A DNA stretch of 64,000 nucleotides from Clostridia bacterium (GTDB lineage Bacteria > Bacillota > Clostridia > Christensenellales > UMGS416). How positions within the stretch are numbered: position 1 is the first letter of the stretch; each line of letters starts with the position of its first letter. This document shows, one piece after another, positions 1-8,159 of this stretch. The translations under genes were made by a program, and so were the position numbers. The DNA lies in assembly GCA_016938675.1 (NCBI GenBank), contig JAFGUF010000045.1:14450-78449 (forward strand), in the 5' to 3' direction. Below the pieces are notes generated by a model, which ran no database searches, was not told the origin of the DNA, and saw nothing but the letters and a program-made list of their open reading frames with translations.

Positions 1-8
1 AAAATAAT

Positions 9-26
9 GCCCCTGCATGCAGGGGC
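9..26 (-). terminator. Rho-independent terminator hairpin downstream of the vWA lipoprotein gene
   Basis: The GC-rich palindrome gcccctgcatgcaggggc lies right after the stop at 36-38. It is flanked by T-rich runs on both strands (attatttt on minus, aatttcttttt on plus). Confidence 0.6.
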
Positions 27-35
27 AATTTCTTT

Positions 36-1355
36 TTATTCAATCTCTTCATTGATTAATCTTATCAGTAATTCATTCAAATACTCCACATCGTATTGAC
101 CAATGGTTGGTTCAATATGTTCATTTCCTATTCCGCTGTCATTTGTCAGAAATACATAAGTCCCGTTGGTTGATACATCAAGAAATCTTAGAAAGAATTC
201 TGAGCTTTTGTCAACACCGCTTGACGCAACCGGAATGATCTTTATGCCTAGCTTTGCAGCCTCTATTGTTTGCTCGGCAACTATTTGGAGCACTTCACTA
301 TTCAGATGAGGAGGCGCATCCAATATCAGAAACATTATCCTAGCTCTTGCCTTATCATTCCATTCATGATTGCTTATGCCTTCATAAAGTGCTTTTTCCA
401 CTGCCTCAGGGTAGTCTCCGCCTCCGTCTGCATACTGATCATTAATCTGGCGGATAGCCTTATTTATATTATCTGTAAATTCAAATGTTCTGCATACATA
501 TTCATCTTCTGTATCTCTGTAGAAATTTGTGCTTACTCGAATATCCAGATTGTTTTCATTGGCATCCTGCACCTCTTCAATTATATATGTCAGCTCCGAC
601 TGTATATAGGTAAGCTCATCACTCATAGAGCCCGTAGTATCAATCATAAACATAATATCTACTTCATTGCTTCTTTCAGCAGTTGCCTCCAATACTATAT
701 CAATCATCTGGTCTTTGTCTATATCATTCAGCTGCTGTGTTACAACCTTTCCCTGATAGCTAACTGTCAAAGTAAAATCATGTTCAATATCACTATCAAA
801 TAAGTATGGAAATACATACGCAATGCCTCTATTGTCAGTTTTGGCTGCAAAGACTACATCTTGCTGCTCATCAGATATCTCAACCACTGCATTCTGCACA
901 GGCATATAATCGGATGAAATCACATGTACACCCACCCTTGTAAAGTCCTCATAGCCCCAGGTCTCCATATAGCTGTACCACTCGTTATCATTAAGCAGTT
1001 CAAGGAAATAATCAAAGTATTCATTGTCATTCCAGCTGCCTGCAGTCAACTGCCCTGCTTGAGGTGAAGATACTGTATCAGAACCTTTTGAGGATTCATC
1101 ATCACTTTCTATGCTTTCTGTCCTCTCACTCTCTGCCCAGGCTGAATCTTCCAGTGCCGCAGCTTCTGCAGGAGCCTCCTCAGATTTTTCCGAATACATG
1201 CCTGAATCGGAATCCACTGCACTTTCGCCTGTGCTGTCATATACCGGCTCAAGGCCGCTTGAAGTTTCCGCTGAGTCCTTCTTTGCACAGCCGCTTGAAA
1301 AAGCCATTGCTGCCGCAATCATTATAATCAATGCCGTAAATAAAACTTTCTTCAT
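36..1355 (-). CDS. Secreted lipoprotein with C-terminal von Willebrand factor A (vWA) domain
   Basis: 439-aa ORF. It has a signal peptide ending in the lipobox-like FSSGC, followed by an acidic Ser/Glu-rich linker. A MIDAS-type DxTxS motif occurs in IMFMIDTTGSMSDEL. Confidence 0.7.
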   Translation of the reverse strand: MKKVLFTALIIMIAAAMAFSSGCAKKDSAETSSGLEPVYDSTGESAVDSDSGMYSEKSEEAPAEAAALEDSAWAESERTESIESDDESSKGSDTVSSPQAGQLTAGSWNDNEYFDYFLELLNDNEWYSYMETWGYEDFTRVGVHVISSDYMPVQNAVVEISDEQQDVVFAAKTDNRGIAYVFPYLFDSDIEHDFTLTVSYQGKVVTQQLNDIDKDQMIDIVLEATAERSNEVDIMFMIDTTGSMSDELTYIQSELTYIIEEVQDANENNLDIRVSTNFYRDTEDEYVCRTFEFTDNINKAIRQINDQYADGGGDYPEAVEKALYEGISNHEWNDKARARIMFLILDAPPHLNSEVLQIVAEQTIEAAKLGIKIIPVASSGVDKSSEFFLRFLDVSTNGTYVFLTNDSGIGNEHIEPTIGQYDVEYLNELLIRLINEEIE

Positions 1356-1553
1356 TTTTCCTTCCTCCGCTCTCTGCTTTATATTCTTTTAGATGGAAAA
1401 ATGCTAAAATTAGTTCCATAAAATCCTAAAGTATATTTCCAAATTTAACATACTTCATGCTTTCAACGTAAACTACATATTAACAAAACAATATTAATAT
1501 CAGATTTTAATGTATAATAAGGAAAAACGAAACAGCAAAAGGAAGTGAAGCCA

Positions 1554-2273
1554 ATGGCACGAGCAAGAGCATTTATGTGGTACGGCGCGGCAATTATATG
1601 CCTTATAGTATCGTATCCAACAATTTTTTATGCCAGATATCTCAATGTCCGTGGCAAATTCGTGCGAAGAAACTGGTATGCAAACGTAGTCGTTTCTAGG
1701 CTTTGCAGAGTGATGTTCTATATGACAGGCTCTCGAATAAAAATAGAGGGCAGGGAAAATATCCCTTTGGATGCCCCTTGCCTATTTGTCAGCAACCATC
1801 AGGGGCACTTAGACAGCGTAATAATCCAAGGCTTCATCAAAAAACCGAAAGGCTTTGTTTCTATCACCCAGTATGAGCGCGTACCTATATTAGGCTCATG
1901 GATGGCGCACATGGGCAGCGTTTTTATAGATAGAAATGACATCCGCCAGACCTTCAAGACCATAACCAGCGCAGCAGACAACATCAGCCTCGGCCACTCA
2001 ATGGTAGTATTCCCAGAAGGGAAACTAAACGACGGTAAGGAGACATTTGAGTTCCAGAAGGGCTGGCTTAAAATGGTTCGCAACAATCCAATAGCAATAG
2101 TCCCTGTCACAATAAAAGGCTCCTACAAAATATTATCTTACAACGGCAAATCCATGCGCCCTGCAAGAATTGAATGCTTCGTTTCTCCCCCAATTTATGC
2201 GGAGGGCATGAAAAAAGGCGATGAAGAAAATTTCCTGCTGGGATTAAGAAACACAATACTTGAGAAGCTTTAA
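1554..2273 (+). CDS. plsC: 1-acyl-sn-glycerol-3-phosphate acyltransferase
   Basis: It carries the HX4D acyltransferase motif (NHQGHLD) and the VFPEG block. The ATG at 1554 lies 8 nt after the RBS aaggaag. The ORF track starts 9 nt earlier at a GTG inside that RBS. Confidence 0.85.
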   Translation: MARARAFMWYGAAIICLIVSYPTIFYARYLNVRGKFVRRNWYANVVVSRLCRVMFYMTGSRIKIEGRENIPLDAPCLFVSNHQGHLDSVIIQGFIKKPKGFVSITQYERVPILGSWMAHMGSVFIDRNDIRQTFKTITSAADNISLGHSMVVFPEGKLNDGKETFEFQKGWLKMVRNNPIAIVPVTIKGSYKILSYNGKSMRPARIECFVSPPIYAEGMKKGDEENFLLGLRNTILEKL

Positions 2274-2290
2274 ATAATTGGAGATAATAC

Positions 2291-2326
2291 AAAACCTCTC
2301 TGTTTATAATAATTCAGAGAGGTTTT
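2291..2326. terminator. Bidirectional terminator between convergent genes
   Basis: Arms aaaacctctctg / cagagaggtttt form a 12-bp perfect stem with a 12-nt loop. A/T runs flank both sides. Confidence 0.65.
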
Positions 2327-2351
2327 ATATTTGTATTGCTTAAGGTGTCTG

Positions 2352-2705
2352 TCAGTCGTCATTTGATGGATTGTAGTATCCGTACATTCCGCATCCACGA
2401 AATCCCGCATAATCTCTGTCCATCATGCCGCCATGGAAATATCCATCTTCATAATTGTAGTCTTCGTCGAAATACGGACAGTCATCAATATCGTAGCCAT
2501 CTTCCATCTGCTGAATCCATAAATCGGCTTCTTCCTGTGTGATTACTCCATCCTCTACGAGCTGAGAGAGATGTTCCTCTCTATATTCAGCCATGTCTGC
2601 GCGACGGCCAAAAAAAGTACCATCAGTTACATCTGCTGCAAATGCCACAGTTGCTCCTACTATCAGTAATGCCAATGTTAGAACTATTACAAAACCCTTT
2701 TTCAT
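2352..2705 (-). CDS. Small secreted acidic protein, unknown function
   Basis: The internal start MKKGFVIVLTLALLIVGATVAFA|AD gives a classic signal peptide. The C-terminus is rich in Asp, Tyr and Gly and has two Cys. The upstream 24 codons of the tracked ORF look non-coding. Confidence 0.55.
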   Translation of the reverse strand: MKKGFVIVLTLALLIVGATVAFAADVTDGTFFGRRADMAEYREEHLSQLVEDGVITQEEADLWIQQMEDGYDIDDCPYFDEDYNYEDGYFHGGMMDRDYAGFRGCGMYGYYNPSNDD

Positions 2706-2855
2706 CTTTATCTTGTTCCTTTCCAAGTTTATATCTGGATTATAAAGAACAAATGTGTAGAAAATATGCAGATTCAAAATTAAATAGTATTTTTATATTG
2801 GACTTTTTAGAGAATTTATCATAAAATTCATTTATTAATGAAGCGAGGTGCGTTT

Positions 2856-3128
2856 ATGTCCCAGTTACTCGAGGCCCTAATGGTGATATGCTTCGGCATT
2901 TCATGGCCGTTTTCAATTATTAAATCTATCCGATCAAAAACCGCAAAGGGCAAAAGCCTGTTTTTTATGTCATTCGTTCTTGCAGGGTATGCTTTCGGAA
3001 TAGTAAGCAAATTAGCAAGCGACAACATAACATATGTACTCTTTTTCTATATGCTGAATTTCGTGATGGTAGGTGCAGATATAGCACTATATTTTGTAAA
3101 TTCAAAAAGGGATAAATCAGAGGCTTAA
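2856..3128 (+). CDS. Small three-helix membrane protein (PQ-loop / SemiSWEET-like, tentative)
   Basis: The RBS gaggtg lies 5 nt before the ATG at 2856. The product is 90 aa with three hydrophobic helices. ISWPFSIIKSIRSKTAKGKS resembles a PQ-loop type motif. Confidence 0.45.
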   Translation: MSQLLEALMVICFGISWPFSIIKSIRSKTAKGKSLFFMSFVLAGYAFGIVSKLASDNITYVLFFYMLNFVMVGADIALYFVNSKRDKSEA

Positions 3129-4042
3129 ATTTTATTGCCTGCAGTAAATATTACGAGATATTGCCTACGGTCATCAAATGGCCAGATGCAGTACCTTTCG
3201 CTAGTAATATCTAGGCTTTGCTTTATGTTATCCAGCCCCAGCAAAGCAAGCTCGGAATAATTTTCTTTTAAGTAATCCTTAATATATTGCTTGTTTTCAA
3301 TGCTCTCTTTCATGCGCTCCGCCAAGCTAAAATCTGTTATTTCCAGAATATCTGTAAGTACAATTACTTTTCCTCCGCTTTTTACCTTTGATAAGATCAG
3401 TTTATTATATCTCTCTATTATTGCAGGCATAATATTATACATTTCATTCAATATTCCGTTTAGTGCATCCAATGGATAAATACCGTAATCATATAGTATC
3501 CTTAAAAGAGCTTCCATCTGCGTGAATGCTATCTGTGTGTAGGTCGGCAGAACGATAACTGTATCGTACGTATCTTTTTTGTACGTCCGTATTTCTATTT
3601 TTTCAAAACTGCTGATAATATTCTTAATATATTTTACTATTTCTTTTTCGTCAGCTTTTCTGCTCGCCATCTTAGAAAGATTCTCAAAAAATCTTGCCTC
3701 TTCGAGGCCGCTGTAGTCCAGCCGCTGTTTTGATAATTTAGCTTCCTTATCTTTATCTAATTGCTGTCTCGTGATGCCATCTGTGATGCTAAATAAATCA
3801 ATGTCGCTAAGTACAACGCTGTCAAATACTGACGCTAAAAAGGCTAGGTCAATATCGTTGCATTCGCCTGCGCCGAAAACAAATAAGGAATTAGTCTCTC
3901 CATTATTTATGTTATCAGAAATAAACCGTGCAACATCAGCCCGATAGGATTGCCACCCGGCATACTTGCTCTGAGGGTTTCCACTGCTATTTACATCTAT
4001 ATTGAATTTTTCAATTGAAAAGTTTTTTATCTTAAAGTCCAT
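3125..4042 (-). CDS. Hypothetical protein with class-I SAM-methyltransferase-like motifs
   Basis: The RBS gaggaa precedes the ATG at 4042 (MDFKIKNF...). LFVFGAGECNDIDL is motif-I-like, VVLSDID supplies the acidic end of beta-2, and DTVIVLPTY and GGKVIVLTD resemble later motifs. The function is not established. Confidence 0.5.
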   Translation of the reverse strand: MDFKIKNFSIEKFNIDVNSSGNPQSKYAGWQSYRADVARFISDNINNGETNSLFVFGAGECNDIDLAFLASVFDSVVLSDIDLFSITDGITRQQLDKDKEAKLSKQRLDYSGLEEARFFENLSKMASRKADEKEIVKYIKNIISSFEKIEIRTYKKDTYDTVIVLPTYTQIAFTQMEALLRILYDYGIYPLDALNGILNEMYNIMPAIIERYNKLILSKVKSGGKVIVLTDILEITDFSLAERMKESIENKQYIKDYLKENYSELALLGLDNIKQSLDITSERYCIWPFDDRRQYLVIFTAGNKI

Positions 4043-4090
4043 ATTATTCCTCACCCATGATGATTGTACCAAATACTTTATCTTAATGCA

Positions 4091-4119
4091 AAAAGAAAGC
4101 CTGCCTATATGGCAGACTT
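4091..4119 (-). terminator. Terminator closing the Mrp/Nuo-like operon
   Basis: Minus strand reads aagtctgcc-atata-ggcaggctt, a 9-bp stem with one mismatch, followed by tctttttgc. It lies 16 nt after the stop at 4135. Confidence 0.6.
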
Positions 4120-4134
4120 TCCAGCAAATTAATT

Positions 4135-5970
4135 CTAGCTTTTCTTTTTGTTTTTTCTCAAATACTCATCAATGCCTATCGCAGCATCATGCCCATTGGC
4201 TACGCCGTTTATAATATCCATTCCTTTGATGATATCTCCGCCTGCAAACAGCCACGGCACTCCTGCAACCTGTCCGTTTTTGTTCGTCTTTATCTTGCCT
4301 CGCTCTATCTGCATCTGGCTCTGCACTTCATCAGGAATGTAGGTAAAGTCCGGCATCTGTCCGATTGCAAGGTATACCTGATCAGCCTCTAAAACCTGTC
4401 TTGCATCGAAATCAAATTGAGGATTGAACCTGTGGTTTTCATCAAAGAGCTGTGTGCACTCGCAAACCTCCACGCCCTTTACATTTCCTGTTTTTTCATC
4501 CACAACGATTTTCTGCGGGCCGCAGGCGAGGTTGAATTTGATGCCTTCTTCTGTTCCTTCCTCAATTTCCTCAATATCGGCTGGAATCTGCTGCCTGTTT
4601 TCAAGAGCTGCCATCATAACGTCGGATTTGCCGTATTTCATGTTCTGCAGGCGCACAAGCGTCCTTGCAACGTCGAATGCAACGTTTCCTGAGCCGATAA
4701 CTACGACCTTTTCCTTTATTTCTGGCATTTTCGCGCTTCCTCTTTCGAAGTCTGCCGAATCTGCGAGGAACGGCATCGCCATAATTACATCCTTGTTGTC
4801 AACGCCGGGGATATTTAAAGGTCTTGTATCTGGATATCCAGTCGCAATGAACACAGCATCGTGTGTGCTCTTTAATTTATCCATCGTAATGTCTTTCCCG
4901 ACGTCTGTATTCGTGTGTATTTTCACACCGAGCTTCTCTATGAATGAAATATCCCTGTTTGTAATGTCATCCGGCAGCCTGTACTTTGGCGCACCGTATC
5001 TCATCGGGCCGCCTGCCTGAGCCTTTCTTTCGTATACATCTACTTCATAGCCCAATGTGCTGAGGTAATAGGCCGCTGATAGCCCTGCGGAGCCTGAGCC
5101 CACTATGGCCACCTTGCCGTCACCTTTTTTAGATACCTGAGAGAGAACTACCTTTTCGTACTCATCATCGGGCACATTGTCCACGATGTATCGTTTCAGC
5201 CATCTTATTGCTACAGCGTCGCCTCTTTGGGATATGGCGCACGCGCCTTCGCACTTGTGTGTACATATTCTGCCGCACACAGACGGCAGCGGATTCGTTT
5301 TGTATAGGTAGTCAACGCCTTCTGAAAGATTGTCATTCCATACTGACCTGATATATTCCGGTATGTTCATATGTGCGGGGCATGTCTTTGTGCATATTTC
5401 GCATGCAACACACCTTGAAGCCTCTGCAATGGCCTGCTCCTTGGAAAAACCTCTGACTATTTCAATAAATGAGCCTTTTCTCTCGTCCTCGCCGACGTGT
5501 TCCATATGCTTTCTTTCAAGGTCTAGCAAGTCTGATGTCTCATCTTTTACATAGCCTAATTTAATTGGTTTCCCCGTAATGCCCTTTTCAGTAGGCATGT
5601 AGTAGAAGTCCTCAGGGTCTGACGAATTAAGCAGGTATTCCTTTGTAAGGCTTAATGAGCCTGATGTACATATATCTACGCATAGTGCGCAGAAACAGCA
5701 CCTGCCGTAGTCTATTACCGGGCGCTCCGGCTTGGAGCCCTCTTCATCGGCTACATCACTGCGCTCTACCATGGTTATAGCATTGGTCGGGCACACTTCA
5801 GAGCATGTGCCGCATCCTATGCACTTTGCCCAGTCGTTTATGTGGAAGCCCCTGTAATTGTCCTGTGATTCTCTGGGATTCTTGAATATATCATCCATAG
5901 CCACAGTAACAGGCTTTTTAAATAAGTATTTCCAGCCCTTGAAAGGCGCTAAAATGCTCTTTTTATCCAT
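4135..5970 (-). CDS. Fusion protein: NuoI/MbxN-type 2x[4Fe-4S] ferredoxin module + GltD/NfnB/SudA-type FeS-FAD-NAD(P)H oxidoreductase
   Basis: The N-terminal ~115 aa contain CIGCGTCSEVCP and CCFCALCVDICT, and the N-terminus looks NuoI-like (KGWKYLFKKPVT). GltD-type Cys clusters follow (RCVACEICTKTCP and CGRICTHKCEGAC). Two dinucleotide folds are present (VAIVGSGSAGLSAAYYL and VVVIGSGNVAFDVA), along with a C-terminal AGGD motif. Confidence 0.8.
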   Translation of the reverse strand: MDKKSILAPFKGWKYLFKKPVTVAMDDIFKNPRESQDNYRGFHINDWAKCIGCGTCSEVCPTNAITMVERSDVADEEGSKPERPVIDYGRCCFCALCVDICTSGSLSLTKEYLLNSSDPEDFYYMPTEKGITGKPIKLGYVKDETSDLLDLERKHMEHVGEDERKGSFIEIVRGFSKEQAIAEASRCVACEICTKTCPAHMNIPEYIRSVWNDNLSEGVDYLYKTNPLPSVCGRICTHKCEGACAISQRGDAVAIRWLKRYIVDNVPDDEYEKVVLSQVSKKGDGKVAIVGSGSAGLSAAYYLSTLGYEVDVYERKAQAGGPMRYGAPKYRLPDDITNRDISFIEKLGVKIHTNTDVGKDITMDKLKSTHDAVFIATGYPDTRPLNIPGVDNKDVIMAMPFLADSADFERGSAKMPEIKEKVVVIGSGNVAFDVARTLVRLQNMKYGKSDVMMAALENRQQIPADIEEIEEGTEEGIKFNLACGPQKIVVDEKTGNVKGVEVCECTQLFDENHRFNPQFDFDARQVLEADQVYLAIGQMPDFTYIPDEVQSQMQIERGKIKTNKNGQVAGVPWLFAGGDIIKGMDIINGVANGHDAAIGIDEYLRKNKKKS

Positions 5971-5984
5971 ATTCTAAATCCCTC

Positions 5985-7091
5985 CTATCTGTCGATTTCC
6001 GGCGAGCAGATGCCCATCGTGTCAAACCAGAGCGGTGCGTCGTCAATTCTGTGCCCCGGCATGTATTTCTCAACGCCCAATAGCCCTTGCGGGAATGATG
6101 CTCCTCGCACCGCTACCCTGTATGGCATTGTGTTTCCGTCAGATACGGTGTAGTATCCGTATTCACCGCGGCTTGCTTCCACTGCGCTGTATACCTGTCC
6201 TGCAGGGACACGCCACCTTAGTGCGCTGCCGTCTGCTACTTTGGCTCTTACTTTGCCGCCCGGCATCATGTCAATAGCCTGCTTGATTATGTTTATGCTC
6301 TGGTACATCTCCTGATACTTAAGTGTCATTCTGGTCTGTGCGTCCGAATATGTAGCTGTCGGCACCTTGAAGTCAACTTTTTCGTATCTTGCGTACGGAG
6401 CCACTTTTCTTATGTCGTATTCCTGTCCGGTTGCTGACCTCATGCCTATTCCGGTTACGCCCAGCTCCCATACAACCTCTGCAGGTAGCAGAATGTTGTC
6501 AACCGTACGTGCGCGGACTGTTGGATTGTTCAATACCAGGTCTTCGTATTCAGGCAGCCTGCTTTCAAGGTCATTCAAAAAGTCGAGTATTTTGTTTTCA
6601 ATTCCTTTTGGCAGATCCTTGCGAACTCCGCCTGCCACTATATACATGTGGTATACTCTATGGCCTGTAATTTCTTCAAATATTGTGAGTATGCGGTCTC
6701 TGTCGGCCTGTGCCCAGTACATTGCAGTGTAGAGCCCTGTAGGGCCTCCTATTCCGCCAAATGCCATAAGGTGAGCAGAAAGCCTTGCAAGCTCTAATAT
6801 TATCATGCGAATCCAGTGGGCACGCTCCGGCACCTTTATCTTGGCCAGTGCTTCAATATTCATGGCATAGACCATTTCGTTTGTGTCCGGTTCAGGCACG
6901 CATATCCTTGGGATGAGGGCGATGTTGTTCATCCATGTGCGCCTCTCCATAGATTTTTCGAATCCCCTGTGAAGCATTCCCGGCAATAGGTAAGACCTTT
7001 TGATTATGTCACCTTCCACATACATATGGACACTGGCGTTTCCGTGCATTCCCGGGTGCTGAGGGCCTAAGAATAATTTTATCTCTTTCAT
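5985..7091 (-). CDS. NuoD / group-4 [NiFe]-hydrogenase large-subunit homolog lacking two of the four Ni-Fe cysteines (Mbx/Mbs-L-like)
   Basis: GPQHPGMHG and LHRGFEK are NuoD/HycE signatures. The N-terminal motif reads RICVPE (C64..E67) instead of RxCGxC. The C-terminal motif reads ICSPEIDR (C362..E365) instead of PCxxCxDR. Confidence 0.85.
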   Translation of the reverse strand: MKEIKLFLGPQHPGMHGNASVHMYVEGDIIKRSYLLPGMLHRGFEKSMERRTWMNNIALIPRICVPEPDTNEMVYAMNIEALAKIKVPERAHWIRMIILELARLSAHLMAFGGIGGPTGLYTAMYWAQADRDRILTIFEEITGHRVYHMYIVAGGVRKDLPKGIENKILDFLNDLESRLPEYEDLVLNNPTVRARTVDNILLPAEVVWELGVTGIGMRSATGQEYDIRKVAPYARYEKVDFKVPTATYSDAQTRMTLKYQEMYQSINIIKQAIDMMPGGKVRAKVADGSALRWRVPAGQVYSAVEASRGEYGYYTVSDGNTMPYRVAVRGASFPQGLLGVEKYMPGHRIDDAPLWFDTMGICSPEIDR

Positions 7092-7612
7092 TTCTTATCA
7101 CCTGCCTTGCTGAAGTCTGCAGCATACTCCCTAACCGGATATTTCCTGTCGGAATAGGCCTTTGAATCAAAGTCCTTGCGCAGCGGTGGCATATCGTCCC
7201 AATTTTCAAGAAAGAGCTGCTTATATGAATCCGGGTTGCCTTCAAACTCCACTCCGAAAAATTCGTGAACGTCTCTTTCGTAGTATTTCGCTCCGGGATA
7301 TATGCTGGTGACTGTTGTAAATTTCGGGTTAGACCTGTCTATTCTTGTGCGCACCTGCAGCCTTATGCCTGTCTCCCAGTTAAATACTATGTACACCAGC
7401 TGGAATTGGTTGTCCTTAATCCAGTCTACGCAGGAAAGGATAGACAGCTGCCTGAAGCCCTGCGACTTAACATATGCCAGAACAGAATGAATATCTCTCG
7501 AATTAAAATCCAATGCTGCCTGGTCATCTTTAGGGTAATCTTCGCCCACAAGCTCAAACCTTGATTTAATATCTGCAACTAAATTTTTAATATCTTTATT
7601 CATGGAACTCAT
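7088..7612 (-). CDS. NuoC (30-kDa subunit)-like
   Basis: YERDVHEFFGVEFEGNPD matches the NuoC ERE..DmfGi.F.gHP signature. The gene overlaps both neighbours. Confidence 0.85.
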   Translation of the reverse strand: MSSMNKDIKNLVADIKSRFELVGEDYPKDDQAALDFNSRDIHSVLAYVKSQGFRQLSILSCVDWIKDNQFQLVYIVFNWETGIRLQVRTRIDRSNPKFTTVTSIYPGAKYYERDVHEFFGVEFEGNPDSYKQLFLENWDDMPPLRKDFDSKAYSDRKYPVREYAADFSKAGDKK

Positions 7613-8156
7613 CCTTTATCCGCAATTCTCCAAGGGCCTGTATCTGGTTTTTTCTGTACCAGTCCTTGTTTTGCTCGTACTTTTTCCATCCGTTTGCTTC
7701 CTTGCGCTTAATCATGCCGATAAGGTCGTTGAAGCCGTTCATTACAGCCTCTGGCTTTGGCATGCAGCCTGCTATATAAACATCTATTGGAAGATACTGA
7801 TCCAGCCTGTTTATTACGGCATGAGAATCGTAGTATATTCCTCCGTTTAATGTGCATGGCCCGAAAGCAACCAGATATTTCGGAGTTGACATCTGTTCAT
7901 AGGCGTATATTATGCGCCTTAAGGTTTTAAGGCTTAGATATCCTGTAATTAGTAAAACGTCTGCCTGCCTAGGGGTGGCCATCGGGCCCATGCCCAGACG
8001 CTCCATATCATACCTAGATGTCATTGCCTGAGGCAGCTCTATTGCGCAGCAGCCTGTGCAGTACATCAGCATCCATATGGAATTTGCTCTGAAAAACCTG
8101 GAGATTCCATCCCAGCCTTTTCTTATGTTTTCTTGTTTTTCTACGGTATTATCCAT
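7596..8156 (-). CDS. NuoB (PSST) / hydrogenase small-subunit-like, [4Fe-4S] N2-type
   Basis: It contains CTGCCAIE, DVLLITG, GPCTLNGG and YIAGCMPKPEA, which together supply all four cluster cysteines. Confidence 0.9.
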   Translation of the reverse strand: MDNTVEKQENIRKGWDGISRFFRANSIWMLMYCTGCCAIELPQAMTSRYDMERLGMGPMATPRQADVLLITGYLSLKTLRRIIYAYEQMSTPKYLVAFGPCTLNGGIYYDSHAVINRLDQYLPIDVYIAGCMPKPEAVMNGFNDLIGMIKRKEANGWKKYEQNKDWYRKNQIQALGELRIKDEFHE

Positions 8157-8159
8157 GTA

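Noticed and set aside
270-803. 177-aa plus-strand ORF and many similar antisense ORFs in the track (for example 4424-5020, 11004-11444, 18789-19229, 21816-22286, 32916-33746, 43734-44261, 51863-52429)
   Set aside because: Each lies wholly inside a well-supported gene on the opposite strand. They have low-complexity, Ser/Leu/Ile/Cys-biased composition, no RBS and no recognisable motifs. They are typical shadow ORFs of AT-rich coding sequence.
5985-7091. Calling the cluster a membrane-bound [NiFe] hydrogenase (Mbh/Ech/Hyf type)
   Set aside because: Two of the four Ni-Fe ligating cysteines are replaced by Glu. No hyp or maturation-protease genes are nearby. The gene order, with two antiporter-like subunits and the NuoH homolog before the NuoB homolog, fits Mbx/Mbs and not Mbh.
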